In this document: piece by piece, positions 21,381 through 34,400 of the stretch | How positions within the stretch are numbered: position 1 is the stretch's first letter | How the letters are laid out: the number at the start of each line of letters is the position of its first letter | Assembly (NCBI RefSeq): GCF_004010195.1 | Contig: NC_057711.1 | Location: 77,148,328-77,184,715, forward strand | Direction: 5' to 3' | Length of the DNA: 36,388 bases | Origin: Chiloscyllium plagiosum | Taxonomy: Eukaryota | Translations under genes and position numbers: made by a program | Notes under the pieces: model-generated | Databases searched by the model: none | What the model was told of the DNA's origin: nothing | What the model saw: only the letters and a program-made list of their open reading frames with translations

Positions 21381-23130
21381 AAAAGGCAATAATGAACCAG
21401 ATTCATGGTCATCATTAGACACTTAATTTCAGAATGTTTTTAAAACTGAATTCCACGATCTGTCATGGCGGGATTCGAACGTGGGTCCCCAGAACATTAT
21501 CCGTATCTCTTAATCCAGAATCCAGCAATAATTCAACTAGGCCATCACCTCCCCCTTATTTTATTTCAAGCATCTCTTAGTGCATTCAGAATGTTCTCTC
21601 TCCTATCTCTCTAAGTAATGAGGTCAGACCACTGTGTATAACAGGCAAAGCTAGTCTCCACCATAATCTTGAATAAATTTATAATAAATTTAAAAATAAG
21701 ACTGGAAGTGGCTGCTTTTAAACCACCATAACTGTGCTTATTCAATCAAGTCACGGAATTGTTGGTTTTTAATCTAGGGAGGCATTATGGCTGACATTGA
21801 TAAATTATCATACATGCATATAATCATATTTCATTGGTTGTTTACATCAAGTTAATATAACCATCTTTTATCAGGTGGCTACCTGAAATCTATTTCCATC
21901 AGCAGGCAGCTTGGAATGTCTTACCTCCAAAAACAGACACTTCACTAAACTTCAGCACCTTGTCCTCGACACATTAACAAAGAAGGCTGAGAGCCAGTTG
22001 CAGAATATAGCCTCACTTCACCAGCAAGGAGGACAAGTAAAGATGTAAGAGTGAAAGCATTTGCCTGATAAACGAGAAGCATTTTTTCATATTGATAATG
22101 AGGAATAAGCCTGACATTGCATAAATTTGAAATTGTTGTTAGGAGTATTTAGATAAACAGGAATGTAAGAGTGGAACTGCCGGCTAAGTTAATGTGAGGA
22201 GCCATGTTTAGGAGCAGGCTTGGAAAGGCAGAATATTGACCTAGGACAGTACCTACATCAGGATGTCCAGCAATGTCCCATCACATTCATTTTAATCACT
22301 TTTACCATTGGATGAACAAATACTGACCACCTGAGAAACTTGTAATCACCTTTAACTTCTTTTCTGAGCTGCTAGCTGCTTCTCCTCCAGACCTGTACTG
22401 CAGCCCATCAGAGAGATGTCACTGAAATTGGGCGCAGCCCTTGTACATCTTGACTCAATAGCAAAACGCCCATGGCTCTCCATGTCAAATTCTTGAACCT
22501 GCATATTTGGAGCATCCTATATATTGATCAGCCCTCTTCAATTCCGAGGGACAGTCTTTGGACTCAAGTCATTAACTTCTGATTCTCTCTCCACAGATGT
22601 TGCCAAACCTTTGGAACTTCTCCAGCATTCTCTATTTTCACCCCTGATTCTCTTATTTATACTAACTGGACCAGGTGGAATGACCTGCAGGATTGACCAA
22701 GGTCCAATCTCTATATGGAAAGGAAATATCACTGACCTCGAATGTACTAAATGCCCAAGTGACCAATGCCAACCCCTTGAAAGGAGCACTTGACTTGACA
22801 TTATGATACTCTGATTGACCGTAGTCCCCTTTCCTTTGACTAAGGGCTACTCACTTCAAACATTTAGATGTGGTTATTACATTGGAGTACACGCTTGCAA
22901 TGGAATATGCTACATGCAGATATGATGTTAATGCAGCAACATACGGCAATTTTCTCTTTCCAAGCACCACAACCACCCTTGAATCTTTAATGCTGCCTGG
23001 CTTTTTGTCTATGTTACAAGGCAAGCATTACAAATTAAGGGGAGGAAGTGGCATTAAGAAATGTCACTGGATTTTTTAAAATAGAGAGACATAGGCTAAT
23101 ACTCATGAAAATGGGATCAATTACATTTTG

Positions 23131-23830
23131 AGGGAAGACAGTGGTGTTGGAGTTATGTCATTGGTGTACTAATTCAGAGATATATGCCAATGTTCTGAAA
23201 ACATGGTTTCAAATATCAAGGCAGCTGGTGAAATTTCAATCCAAAGAATTCTGGAATTAAAAACTAATCTAATGGTGGCCATGTAACCACTGTTGATAGT
23301 CATACAAATGCATCTGCCTCATTAATATCTTTAGGGAAGTCTTCATCCTGTCTGTAGTCCTTACCTGGTCTAGCCTGCCTGTGATTCCACAGCCACAGAC
23401 ACAATTTCCCAATCAAAATGGCTAGAGCACCCATCTGTTCGAAGGCAACCAGGAATGAAGTGCAAATACATCAGATTAGGTACCTTATAGTATGGAAACA
23501 GGCCCTTTGGCCCAACAAGTCCATGCTGATCCTCTGAAGAGCAACCGACCCAGACCCATTCCCCCACCTTATATTTACCCTGCCTAATGCACCTAACACT
23601 ATGGGCAATTTAGCATGGCCAATTCACTGGCCTGCACATCTTTGGACTGTGGGAGGAAGCCATGGCACCCAGAGAAAACCTACGCAGAAATGGGGAGAAC
23701 ATGCAAACTCCACAAAGACGGTCACCAGAGGTAGGAATCGAACCCAAGTCACTGCCACTGCTAACCACAGAGCCACCATGCTGCCTCACCAAATGCTGGC
23801 TTCATCAATATTATTCAAGAATAAATCTAA
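23131..23830 (+). mobile_element. tRNA-derived SINE (second family) interrupted by an HE1-like SINE
   Basis: gtggtgttggagttatgtcattgg...catggtttcaaat...ggcagctggtgaaattt...ccttacctggtctagcctgcctgtgattccacagccacag. It resumes with aaatgctggc at 23791. Confidence 0.72.
23473..23785 (-). mobile_element. HE1-like V-SINE
   Basis: Same head, V-domain and tail as 17032-17346, with B box ggttcgattcc on the minus strand. Confidence 0.9.
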
Positions 23831-24100
23831 ATAACAATGTTATAAGTTCTGATTGAAGCCATGCAGTAAAGGCAAAGCAAGTTAGAGAGGCTGAAAGTGC
23901 CAAGTAAGTGCAAAGGTGAGTGAATTCTAGGAAAGCAAACTAAGGAGTCCAGAGGATCATTTGTGTTGGTATGAAATGGGTATATGTCTCTACGCACAAA
24001 CAATCTGGCAGGGGCATTGCACTTTAAGGAGTTAGTAAGTGCCAAAGTGTGGCAAAACACTGAAATGTATTCTGAGGTGGTTTAAAATTATCCATGATAT

Positions 24101-24289
24101 TGTGGGGAGGTAGGTGCTTTTCTTATTCTGAGTTCTGTGCACAGAGGTTGGAAGCAGTCGCTGCTCACAGTGTTTCTGGGCTAAAATGTGCTCCATATAT
24201 TCCCCCACAAAAAGCAGCAATTTTTTCTCAATGAGTTGTGACATGCAAATGGACAGCACTTATGAGACTGAAGGAGACACAGCTAAGGC
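24101..24289. repeat. ~190-bp direct repeat, copy 1
   Basis: Shares ctgagttctgtgcacagag, agtgtttctgggctaaaatgtgctccatatattcc, agttgtgacatgcaaatggacagca and acacagctaaggc with 25215-25403. Confidence 0.92.
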
Positions 24290-25144
24290 TCAGTTAAGGT
24301 TAATGCAGCAAAATCAAGTATTATTGGAGAACCCACAATTACAGGGCAGGGATTTTTTCTAAAAAGAGAAGTCTAATTTATGGCACATCTATTGCAACAT
24401 GGTTAATTTTACAGAACATAGCATAAAGAAAAGACAGTTAATTTAGTTGCATTCTTTGGCAGAAAACTGTGGAGCTGAGTCACAGCTACAATCAATGACA
24501 AGTGCACTAGTCTTTGTGACAGTTTTAGTACTGCTGTTAATTCCTCATTGACATTATCAGCCTTTGCTGCACTTTTACCATCTTGGCTGGTAGCCTGCAT
24601 CCTGGACCTTCACTTCGGGATAGAAGTTGGGATGTTTGGCAAGACAATGTTTATGCTAGCACCTTGGAAAGCTGTAAGGCTACCCACAATCAGCCCAAGC
24701 ACATTAAGTAATACTTCACAATGAATAGTTTCTTTCACAATTCTGAACTTTGCCTCCCCATTGTTTTGCTTTTGTCTGTGGTTGCAATAAAAATGTCATT
24801 CGTTTTAATAAATAAGTGATTAAAATCAAAATTGACTTTTAAAAACAACTTAGACCTAAAATTACTGATATCTAGCAATCCTAATGGTGGCACGTTCAAG
24901 AAATTTGCCATTACTGAGGGCGGTGAGGGGACCATGATTTCTAAGGAACTCATTTGTGTTCCAATCCGGAAGTCACAGTGTGTCTGAAGGGGGTCCAGAG
25001 GAGTTCACACTGAGGGTCCCTGCTAGGACCTGTCAGCATGTAAACTTAAAGTAAAATGTCCTACACATATTCAATTGCCATAGCTTCTCACGAACTGAAT
25101 ATTTGTGCTCTGTCACATATTTAGAAAAAGCTAATTTTGATACT

Positions 25145-25722
25145 GCAGTATAGTGATTATGTCATCAAATTAGTAGTCCTGAAGCTAATCATCTGATGAT
25201 AAGAATTTTAATAATGTGGAGGTTAGTGTTTTTCTTATCCTGAGTTCTGTGCACAGAGATTGGAGGCAGTCGCTACTCAAAGTGTTTCTGGGCTAAAATG
25301 TGCTCCATATATTCCACACGAGGAGGAGCAACAATATTTTCTCAATTAGTTGTGACATGCAAATGGACAGCAGTTATTAGCCTGAAGGAAACACAGCTAA
25401 GGCAGGAGAATTTAAGTTTAATTAATTAAAATTAAGATAAAATTCTAACATCCGTAATGATGACAAGGAAAGTGGTATATTGTTGTAAACCCCATCTGGT
25501 TTACTAATGCCCTTTTACAGGAGGAAATCTGCAGACCTTGACAATGTATCTATATGTCTCCAGACCCACAGCAATGTGGTCGACTCTGAACTGTCCTTTG
25601 AAATTGTTAAGCAAATCAGTTATATTCAACTAGATGGCTCATCACCACCTTCTCAAGGACAATTAGAGATGGTCAATTAATGCTGACCTTGTCAGTGATG
25701 CCCACATCCATTGAATGAGTAA
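25145..25722 (+). mobile_element. tRNA-derived SINE (second family), apparently interrupted by repeat copy 2
   Basis: cccatctggtttactaatgccc...ctccagacccacagcaatgtggtcgactctgaactg...gatgcccacatccattgaatgagtaaaa. The head at 25145-25214 is weakly conserved. Confidence 0.7.
25215..25403. repeat. ~190-bp direct repeat, copy 2
   Basis: Colinear with 24101-24289, with scattered substitutions and small indels. Confidence 0.92.
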
Positions 25723-26204
25723 AATAGAGAGCTAAAGGAATAAACAAAACAACTATAGATGCTGTAAATCTGAAACAGCAAGGGAAAATTCTGACAACTC
25801 AAGAAGTCTGCCAATGCTTATAACATGAGAAGTCAGATGAAATCTCAAATAATGATACAGAATTTAGTGAGGTCCTGCACCACTGAATTACATTCAATTA
25901 GTCTAATGCTGCAGAGATTACAGCAAATTGTTTCATAAGTGAGTTACACCACTCTTCATCCTGCAAAATCATGAAACTATTGCACTGTTCTGCTAATAAC
26001 TCATCAAAATTTATCTTGTCCAGTAAAGTTAATGGATATCAAATTTCCTGGATTTGCTCAATTTACCTTCATTGCAGCTATTTATACTGCAAAATAATGA
26101 TATTAGTGAAGGCACTTAAATTCACAAGTTAAAAATAAAGAGTAAAGAAACATAAAACTTCGACTTTTCATTTATTTCATTCTTAGCTAAATTCAAATCA
26201 AGAA

Positions 26205-26325
26205 CAAGTCTTCTGCACCCAACAAGAAAATGCTGAAGAAACTGAGCAGGTCTATCAGTATCTGTGAAGAGAAACATTGCTAACATTTTGGGTCCAATCT
26301 AATTCCTCTTCAGTTCTGAAAGGGG
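26205..26325 (-). mobile_element. Degenerate PLE-derived terminal fragment
   Basis: aaatgctgaagaaactgagcaggtctatcagtatctgtgaagagaaac...tttgggtcc...cctcttcag. The minus strand has CTGAAGA followed by a decayed stem II. Confidence 0.6.
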
Positions 26326-26532
26326 GTGGAAAAAATGTTTGTGTCATTGTATATTTGATTCATTGTATTGTCTTAAAATAGAGGGCACTAAAGTACTGCA
26401 TGTGCCACAACTGAAAGACAGAATTAGTGAGCAATTTGTCAGGCTTGCAATTATCACAGAACATGCTAGAAGCTTCAGGATGATGGTAGATATGAAATTG
26501 TCTTTCAGCTTAATCTGAATAACTCAGGCAAG

Positions 26533-26705
26533 CTTGATTTGATTTCTTATTGGCGCATGTACCTCAGAACAGTGAAAAGTTTTGTTTTGCATGCAGTACA
26601 GATAGATCATACCAGACAAAATGCATTGGGGTAATAGAACAGTGCAAGGGATACAATGTTACAGTTGCAGAGAAGGTGCACAAAGAATGAGATCAACATT
26701 AAATT
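26533..26705 (-). mobile_element. Rex1-like LINE 3' tail fragment
   Basis: tgatttgatttcttattggcgcatgtacctcagaacagtgaaaag is antisense to the tail type at 18130-18188. Confidence 0.55.
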
Positions 26706-26929
26706 TGATGGAGCACACAGTCTCACATTGATTTTGACCATTAGCTCTGTTGTTGGCTCTGCCAGGGAAGGAGTGAATGGGTGAGTTGATGAGCATTGGT
26801 CAGCAACAGCCCACGTTAGCACTTTGAAGCCAGAAGGAGAACCCTTATCAGGATGATTGGTTAAACCAACCTTGGTTAACCAAGTTAAGGATAGCGTCAC
26901 ATTGAAATTTTAAAAACACACACATTGCA

Positions 26930-28850
26930 AAGATTGGTGAAACAGAGGATTGGGGAAGTTTTAAATACTACCAAAAGTTGCCCAAAAATAATTGAGGGGA
27001 AAAAATAAATTTTGAGGGCAAACAAGAAAGTAACATACAAACACATAGTAAGAGCTTTTTTTTAAGCAATTACAAAGGAAGAAAGAGGCCAAATTGAACA
27101 TGGGCCCCTGAAAAATTGAGAGTATGGAATAAAATAGGAACCAGGAATACCAAATAAGTTAAATAAACACTTTGCATCAGTTATCATGGTAGAATGCACT
27201 TGTCACATTTCATATATACTAAATAATCAAGGAGCAAAGGGATAGAAGTAATATAGAATATAGTAATTATCACTAGAGAAAAAGTACTAGGGTAACAAAC
27301 GAAGCTTAAGGCTGAAACACCTCCTGGACCTGATGGTTGTATTCTAGCGCAAGAAAGAAAGTAGCTACAGTGATAGTGGATACAATGGTAGAATTCTCCC
27401 AAGAATCCTTCTGGCAAAGTGCCAAAGGATTAAAAAACTGTCAACGTAACACCCTAATTCTAAATGGGAATGAGACAAAAGAAAAAATACAGGGAAATGT
27501 AGAGCGCCAGTTAGCTTAACAGCTATCAACGAGAAAATATTGAAATCTATAATAAAGCATGTAATAACAGAGGATTTAGAAATACACAACATAATCAAGC
27601 AAAATTGTGAAGGAGAAATCATACCTGACACATTTATTTGAATTCTTTGAGGTAACAAGCAGGATAGGTAAAGGAGAAACCAGTAGATCCTAAATATTTG
27701 GATTTTCAAAAGGTGTTTGATAAGGTGCCGCACATAAGGCTACTTAACAAGATAAGCACGTGCTATTGGGAATAGCATATTGCCATGCACAAAGATAAGC
27801 TAACTAATGGGAGACAAAGTTCAACAAAGAAGGAACATTTTCAGGTTATTTACCCGTTACTAGTGGAGAGCCAAAGGTATCAGTGCTGGAGGTCACAATT
27901 GTTTATAATATATACTAATTACATAAATGAGGAAAGTAGTCCAAGTCTGCAGATGACAAAAGAAGTGTATGGAAAGGCAAGCAGTGCAGATGACACAAGT
28001 ATGAGAGAGATTAAGCAAGCAGGCAAAAAAAAACTTCTCAGCTAGGATATAATGTGGGGAAGATGAGGTTATGCACTTTTGCAGGAATAAGAGAGATTAA
28101 TATTATATAAATGGAGAAAGACTGGAGAAAGCTGCACAACAATGGGATTTGGGCCCTCGTTCATAAATCATGGAGCTAGCATCCAACCTCAACAGGAAGT
28201 AAAAAATGTTAACTTATTTCAAGAAGAATGGAGTATAAAAATAGGAAAGTCTTGTTATGAATATACAAGATATTAGTTAGATCAAATCAAGATTATTATG
28301 AACAGTTTTGGCTCCTTAACGAAGGAAAGATATTCTGACATTGGACGTAGAATAGAGAAGGTCCACTAGGCTGATCTGAGGCAGAGAAGATTTCTTATGA
28401 AGAGAGGTTGAGTAAGTTGGACCTGTACTCATTCAAGAGTTCTAAAGAATGTGAGGTGATGTTATTGAAACACACAATTGCTTTTTGGGGCGTATGACAG
28501 GCTAGATGCTGAAAGGTTATTTCCCTTCATGGGAGAGTCTAGAGTAGTGGGCATAACCTCAGAATAAGGCCTCATCCATTTAAAACAAGAGATGAGAAAG
28601 ATATTCTGCACTCAGAAGGTCATGAAATCAATGGAATTCTTCCAGGCACAGGGTCAGTAAGACTGGGTCAGTAAGTACTTCCAAGGCTGAGCTAGTCAGG
28701 TTCTTTATCAATAAGGGAATCAATAGTATGGAGATAAGGCAGCAAAGTGAAGTCAGGATTATCAGATTAGCCACGATCTCACTGAATGGAAGAGTGGACT
28801 TCAATGGGCCGAATGACATAGTTCTGCACCTACATTTTATGATCTTATTC
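26930..28850 (+). mobile_element. Old CR1-clade LINE, long degenerate ORF2 through the 3' tail
   Basis: Remnants LKAETPPGPDG, RQLA/PVSLT, YLDFQKVFDKVPH (about 27695-27733), sADDT, EVMHF and R.DVIETH. Tail: aatgggccgaatgacatagttctgcacctacattttatgatcttat. Confidence 0.85.
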
Positions 28851-29154
28851 CTGTAGTTGAAGTTGCATCACAAGGGCATTCGTACTCAACAGAAATGGTT
28901 ACATCATATCATCATTTCCCAAAATGTTTGATAAAACACATGTTATTGACTAGCAGATTTCTTACACACAAACAACTCCCCAGCTCCACTTTCTTTTCAG
29001 TATGACCACACATTAAAGGACAGCCTTATAGAGTAAGGAAGGTCATTACTGTACTGCTGTGCATTTCTTCTGACTGTGGAAATAACTAACCAGGTGGCTC
29101 TGTTCATGTTGCCAATGTTTGGCGTTGTGGTCTCCATCAGCACACCCAAGAAAA

Positions 29155-30165
29155 GACAGCAGCAGAGTTTAATTTGGATGGAGGGGTATTGCATTTTGGT
29201 AAAATAAACATCAGCTGTTATACATCTAAAAGTATTGCCTTGGGTAGTGTTGTAGAACAGAGATCTAGGGGTTCAGGTAGATAGTTCTTCCAAATTCATC
29301 CCAAGTTAGATAGTTTTTCCACATGTAGCCAGGGTGGCTAAAAAGGCATTTAGCATGCTTCCCTCATTGCTACACCTTGGAGTACAGGAGTTGGGACATA
29401 ATGACCTCCTTAACTCTGCAAAGTTGCCTGTTAATGTATAGTCAAACTAAAAAGAAAGGAAAACTGGGGAGTTGAAAGTGGGTAAAAGCCCTGCTAGTCA
29501 ATATTGCGTGTTTTTCAAACATTTTTGTTTTTAACTCAACCATAGCATTTGGATAGGAAACCACGAAGTGATGTAACCATTTCTGTTGGGATGCTGAGAT
29601 TGTACAGGACATTGGCGGAGCCTCTCCTGGAGTACTGTGTCTATTTCTGATCACCTTATTCAAAGAAGGGTATTATTAAGCTGGAGAGGCTTCAGAAGAG
29701 ATTTACCAGGATGTTGCCAGGAATGGAGGGTTTGAGTTACAAGGAGAGGCTGGTACTTTATTTCACTGGAACATTGGAGGTCGAGGGTGACCTTGTAGAG
29801 GTTTATAAAATCATAATGGGTATACATAAGGTGAATGGCAGGAGTCTTTTCCAATGGGTGGGGGATTTCAAGTTTAGGAGCATATTTTTTAAGGTGAGAG
29901 GAGAAAGGTTTAAAAAAGACATGGGACAACATTTTTAAAAAAAAAACACAGATTTGTTTGTGAGTGGAATGAATTTCCAGAGGAAGTGGTGGATGCAGTA
30001 CAGTTAAATGTTTAAAAGACATTTGGATAAGTACATGAATAAGAAACACTTGGAGGGACATGGTCCAAGCACAGGCAGGTGGAATTAGTTTAATCTGGAA
30101 TTATGATTGACATGGATTGGTTGGACCAAAGTGTCTGGTTCCATGCCCTATGACTCCATGACTCT
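29155..30165 (+). mobile_element. CR1-clade LINE 3' fragment with an unrelated internal insert
   Basis: VLHFGK, EYRSWD, LERLQKRFTRMLPGMEGLSYKERL and GDLVEVYKIIMG. Tail: ccatgccctatgactccatgactct. Confidence 0.88.
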
Positions 30166-30559
30166 TTGACACCCCTCTCCAATACCTTGTCCACCCAGGT
30201 GATGAACTCTGATGAATCAGGGTGCTAACATGCTTTTCTTAACCCTCTTGAACATAGTCAAACAACTCACTTGGAATTGTAGTTCCTGCCTTGCATCATT
30301 TGAATTCTGGCACAGCTGGGGTTTAAATATGGCTTCAATGCTATAAGGTCCCAACAGCAGTGAGCACTTCTGCCTCTGAAAGCAGCTGGAACATGGATGC
30401 ATATTTAAATGAGAGCAGCTGAAGACAGACAAAAGTAATCTGGCCCAACTGAGAAAAACCTTCAATAAAAACCCCAAAAATGATTATCAAAAAATGGGAA
30501 GATTCATAGCTCTAAATTCAGATCACCGATAATATTGTTATCTTCACCTTCATATCTGA

Positions 30560-31090
30560 TCACTTTACATCAGTTCATTTGCTGGTGTCATCTTCTTCCC
30601 AGACTGATCTCGAACACAATCTTTCCTAACACATTCTACATTGGTCAGCTTTAACCGGTTCATTATATTCATCATCCAAACTCTCCTTTGTTTCACTCAG
30701 CTATATTTTCCATAAATCTTTCTTTTCAATGTCTCCAAATACCCTTTAATGATCTGAATACAAGCAGTTTTCTCCATCCATTTCCAGCATTTCCTCATCA
30801 GTTTTCTGCCTGTGTAGGATATGTGGAATATATTCCTGTATGTCCATGTTTAGAATGTAATCAGGTTATTGACAACTTCTTTGTTTGCTGTTCATATTGC
30901 AAAGAGATAAAACAGGTGACAAGATGTAGGATCTCGGCATACTTTTCCTCACATTCAGATTCAGTTTGTTTGATGTTCTCTGATCTCATTACCTTCTGTT
31001 TAATCTAAAACTTGTTTGTTGGATCAAATCTTGAAATATTTCCTGTGAAGAACATTTCACATTATTGGCTTGTACATGTCTTCAATCTAC
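30560..31090 (-). mobile_element. Highly degenerate RTE-like LINE 3' remnant
   Basis: Minus fragments HISYTGRK/DEEMLEMDG and KIYGKYS*VKQRRVWMMNI resemble the RTE ORF C-terminus (I.WT.R.TNEEVL...KIEGKR.RGRQR..W.D.I). Confidence 0.5.
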
Positions 31091-31094
31091 ACGG

Positions 31095-31409
31095 AACCAA
31101 ACATTACAGCACTGAAAGAAGCAGTTCAGCTCATATCCTATGTCAATTCCTTGACAAAACTATGAATGGCCCCATTCCCTGTTCCTTTCCCAAAGGCAAG
31201 CATTTTGCTCCCCTTTGAAGTATTTTCAGAAAGTTGAATTTGCTTTCTTTCAGAAGTGCTTTCCAGACCATAATAACTCACTACACAATATGCTTTCTGC
31301 CCATGTCACGTCAGGTTGTTTTGCTTGCAACCTTAAACTGGTAATCTCTGTTAACAGCCATTACGCCCCTCAAATATTTTCTCTTCAATAGCTCAAAGCA
31401 CTCTGTGAC
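31095..31409 (-). mobile_element. Old CR1-like 3' end, continuing at 35768-35945 beyond the L1 insertion
   Basis: acattacagcactgaaagaagcagttcagc...agtgctttccagaccataataactc. The continuation is catgacttttaatacctccttcaaatct. Confidence 0.55.
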
Positions 31410-34400
31410 TATTTTTTTAGTTGAAAGTTTTTTTTACAGAATTATAAAATTACAATCTTATGGTCCAACAACAATAACAATAAACTAACTACTAATCTAT
31501 TTTACAAAACAAATCAAAATATCAAAAGAAAAAGACCAATCTTCCCACACTACAATTCAATAAATAAAGACATAAGTTAAATTAAATTACTGTAGTCTGA
31601 GTTTTGCTAAACTAACTTAAACCACTCAGCACCACCCCACCAAAACTCCCATCATCAGGAGCATCAGTTAGTATACCCGTATTTACTCGGGATTCTTCCT
31701 CTTAGGGTCCCTGGTCTGCCAGATACAGTCTTCATGGCTATACAAAGACTCCAATCAGTATGGCTGACAAGTCTGCGTCTGTCTGATTTATAAGATGTGG
31801 CAGCCCTTTTTTAAAAGAAGTTCTGTTTTCTGGTGCACCATACTTGTAAGGAAATCTAGGGGAACATGCTCCATCACTAACCTACACCATCTCTAAAGGC
31901 CTGAGGGTTTACGGAGATTTAGTTCATCAGAACGTTCTTCCTCACGCAATATGTAAGAATGTTAAACAGTTTCTTCCCATGCTCATCTAGCGAAGGCAGA
32001 TTCAGCGATCCCGGAAGGAGGGATACTGGATCTGCCCTAACCTCAGTCCCCAAGATCTCCTCCAACACATTTACTATGGCACCTCAATATCTACGAATCT
32101 TATGGCACAACCACAAGCAATGTCTGTTTTACATCGAGGCCAGTTTGGAGATGCACCTTTTTAAAATTTTGCTAGCTACTCTGGAGCCAGATGGGCTCTG
32201 TGGAGAATTTTTAGTTGCATGGCCTGCGTTTTTTTACAAATCAAAATCTTTTTCGCATTCTCCCATATATCCTCCCACACTTCTGACAAAATTTCTCCTC
32301 CCAATTCTTGATTCCATATTCTGTAAAGCCTTCCCATATCTTCTGAGGCATCCCCTCCCTGTAAATGATAGAGAGTACTAATCGAGAGAGTGCCTGTGGA
32401 CTGAAGCATTCCCCTCTCCACATCAGACTTTTAGGGATGAACCAATAGCATGGTCCTTTTCTGTATAAGGTCCCTGATCTGAAAATAGCAAAAAATGGCG
32501 CTATTGGTTAACACATGCTTTTGACTCAGCTCATCAAAAGACATCATGACCTTCCCCTCAAGTAGGTCTCCCAAACAGGAGACTTCCCTCGACTTCCATA
32601 ACTTAAAGCCGGAATCTATCGACCCCAGCCAAAATCCTGGTAGTCCTACAATTTGGGTGAGTGGGGAGGTCTTATGTAAATCACCCTTGCTCAGTCACAT
32701 CATTCTCCATGCTTTGACTGGGTTAATGATGATCAGATTTTTACAACACTCCGCAAGAGTTCTCATCCTGTCCATAAATAGCAAATTAATACTTTGCCTG
32801 GGAGGCCTCAATATTGAGCCATATTGACCTTGGATCCTGACAAGCCCAACCATTCACATTAGACAATAAATAATGTATTTGATACACTTTGAAGTCTGGG
32901 AGGTCTAGCCTCCCCATTCCCTGTGGAAGCTGCAGCTTAGCAAACTTAAGAGGGTGCCCACAGCGCCAAATGGAAAATTAAAGCCAACCATTAAGTCTCT
33001 GCAGCACTTCTCTCGGTAGCACCAGAGGGAGCATTCGCATGTGATATAAAGGCAAGGAAGAACATTCATTTTGATCAGAGCTATTCGACCCAACCAGGAT
33101 ATTGTTAGCACCCCCCAATGCTGAAGGTCTTGTCTTATCTTCTTGAGTAATTGTACAAAATTAGCTTTGTACAATTGGTGAAAGGCAGGGATGATGAAAA
33201 TACATAAATATAGGAAACCTCCCTGGGACCACCTAAAAGAAATCGAGCTCCATCTTCAAGGTCAGGTACTCCCAAAAGACCCCTCACAGGCATGGCCCCC
33301 AATTTCATAAAATTACTTTTATACCCTGAAAAAGAGCCAAATAAATTAATATTTTGTATTAAATAAGGCACAGACATTGTTAGGTTAATCAGAAAGAGAA
33401 GAACATCGTCTGCATAGAGAGGGATTTTATGCCCTCCTATTCCCACTTCTGGGGCAACTATTTTGCGGTCCTTCTGAATACTTTCTGCCAGCAGTTCAAT
33501 TACGAAAGTAAACAACAGTGGGAAAAGGGCGCACCCTTGGCAGCTGCCTCTACCAATGCTAAAATTGTCTAATTTTGTGCTATTTGTGAGAACCGCTGCC
33601 ATGGGATCGCTATACAACACTGCCACCCACCGAGCAAAGAACCCCCAAGATCAAACTGTTCGAGGACATAAAAAACCTACAGCCATTCCACCCAATCAAA
33701 TGCTATTTCCACATCTAGGTAGACTATCAAGCCCGGGATCGACCTTTGCTAGCACACCTGGACCATATTCAACACTCTTCTGATGTTGTTAGAGGAATGT
33801 GACCCTTAAATGAAACCTCTCTGGTCCTCCTTTACATTAGAGGGCAATACCTTCTCCAGCCTCGACGCTAACATTTTAGACAGAATTTTAAAATCCACAT
33901 TTAGTAGCGAGATGGGTCTGTACAAGGTACAGTCCTCAGGATCTTTCCCTCTCTTAAAAATAAGGGAAATATTAGTTTCCCTGAGAGAGGGTGGGACGCA
34001 GTCCTGACTGTACGAATGGCTATACATTCTCCACACCAGCTCAGCCAACATGTTTATAAACTCCTTACAAAACTCACTCAGGAATTCATCCAGGCCAAGC
34101 ACTTCGCCACTTTGAAGCTGCCTCGCCACCTCTTGTATCTCATGTTGTCAGAGGGACATTCGAAAGGGAGGCTTGCTCCGAAGTTATACCTGGAAGATTC
34201 AAGTTCTCAAAAAAGGACTCCATCCTCGCCAACCCATCCTCACAGCCCTCTGACCGGTGTAACTCTACATAAAGTTTCCTAAATGCTGTGTTGATCTTTT
34301 TGGACTCACGAGTGGGATTACCAGTACCCTCTCTAATGGACATGATAGAGTGAGGAGCGCTCTTCTTCCTGGCCAGGCATGCTAAGTATCTACCTGGCTT

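Larger units (their letters stand above)
20880..21555 (-). mobile_element. tRNA-derived SINE (second family) split by a PLE insertion at 21031-21380
   Basis: The head gggattcgaac (antisense B box, about 21470) and the body gggtctggagtcacatgtaggccagacca match the plus-strand copies at 23131-23830 and 25404-25722. Confidence 0.78.

Noticed and set aside
21929..21990. Strong minus donor GAG|gtaaga
   Set aside because: No open frame from the nearest acceptor, and the region looks like a decayed repeat.
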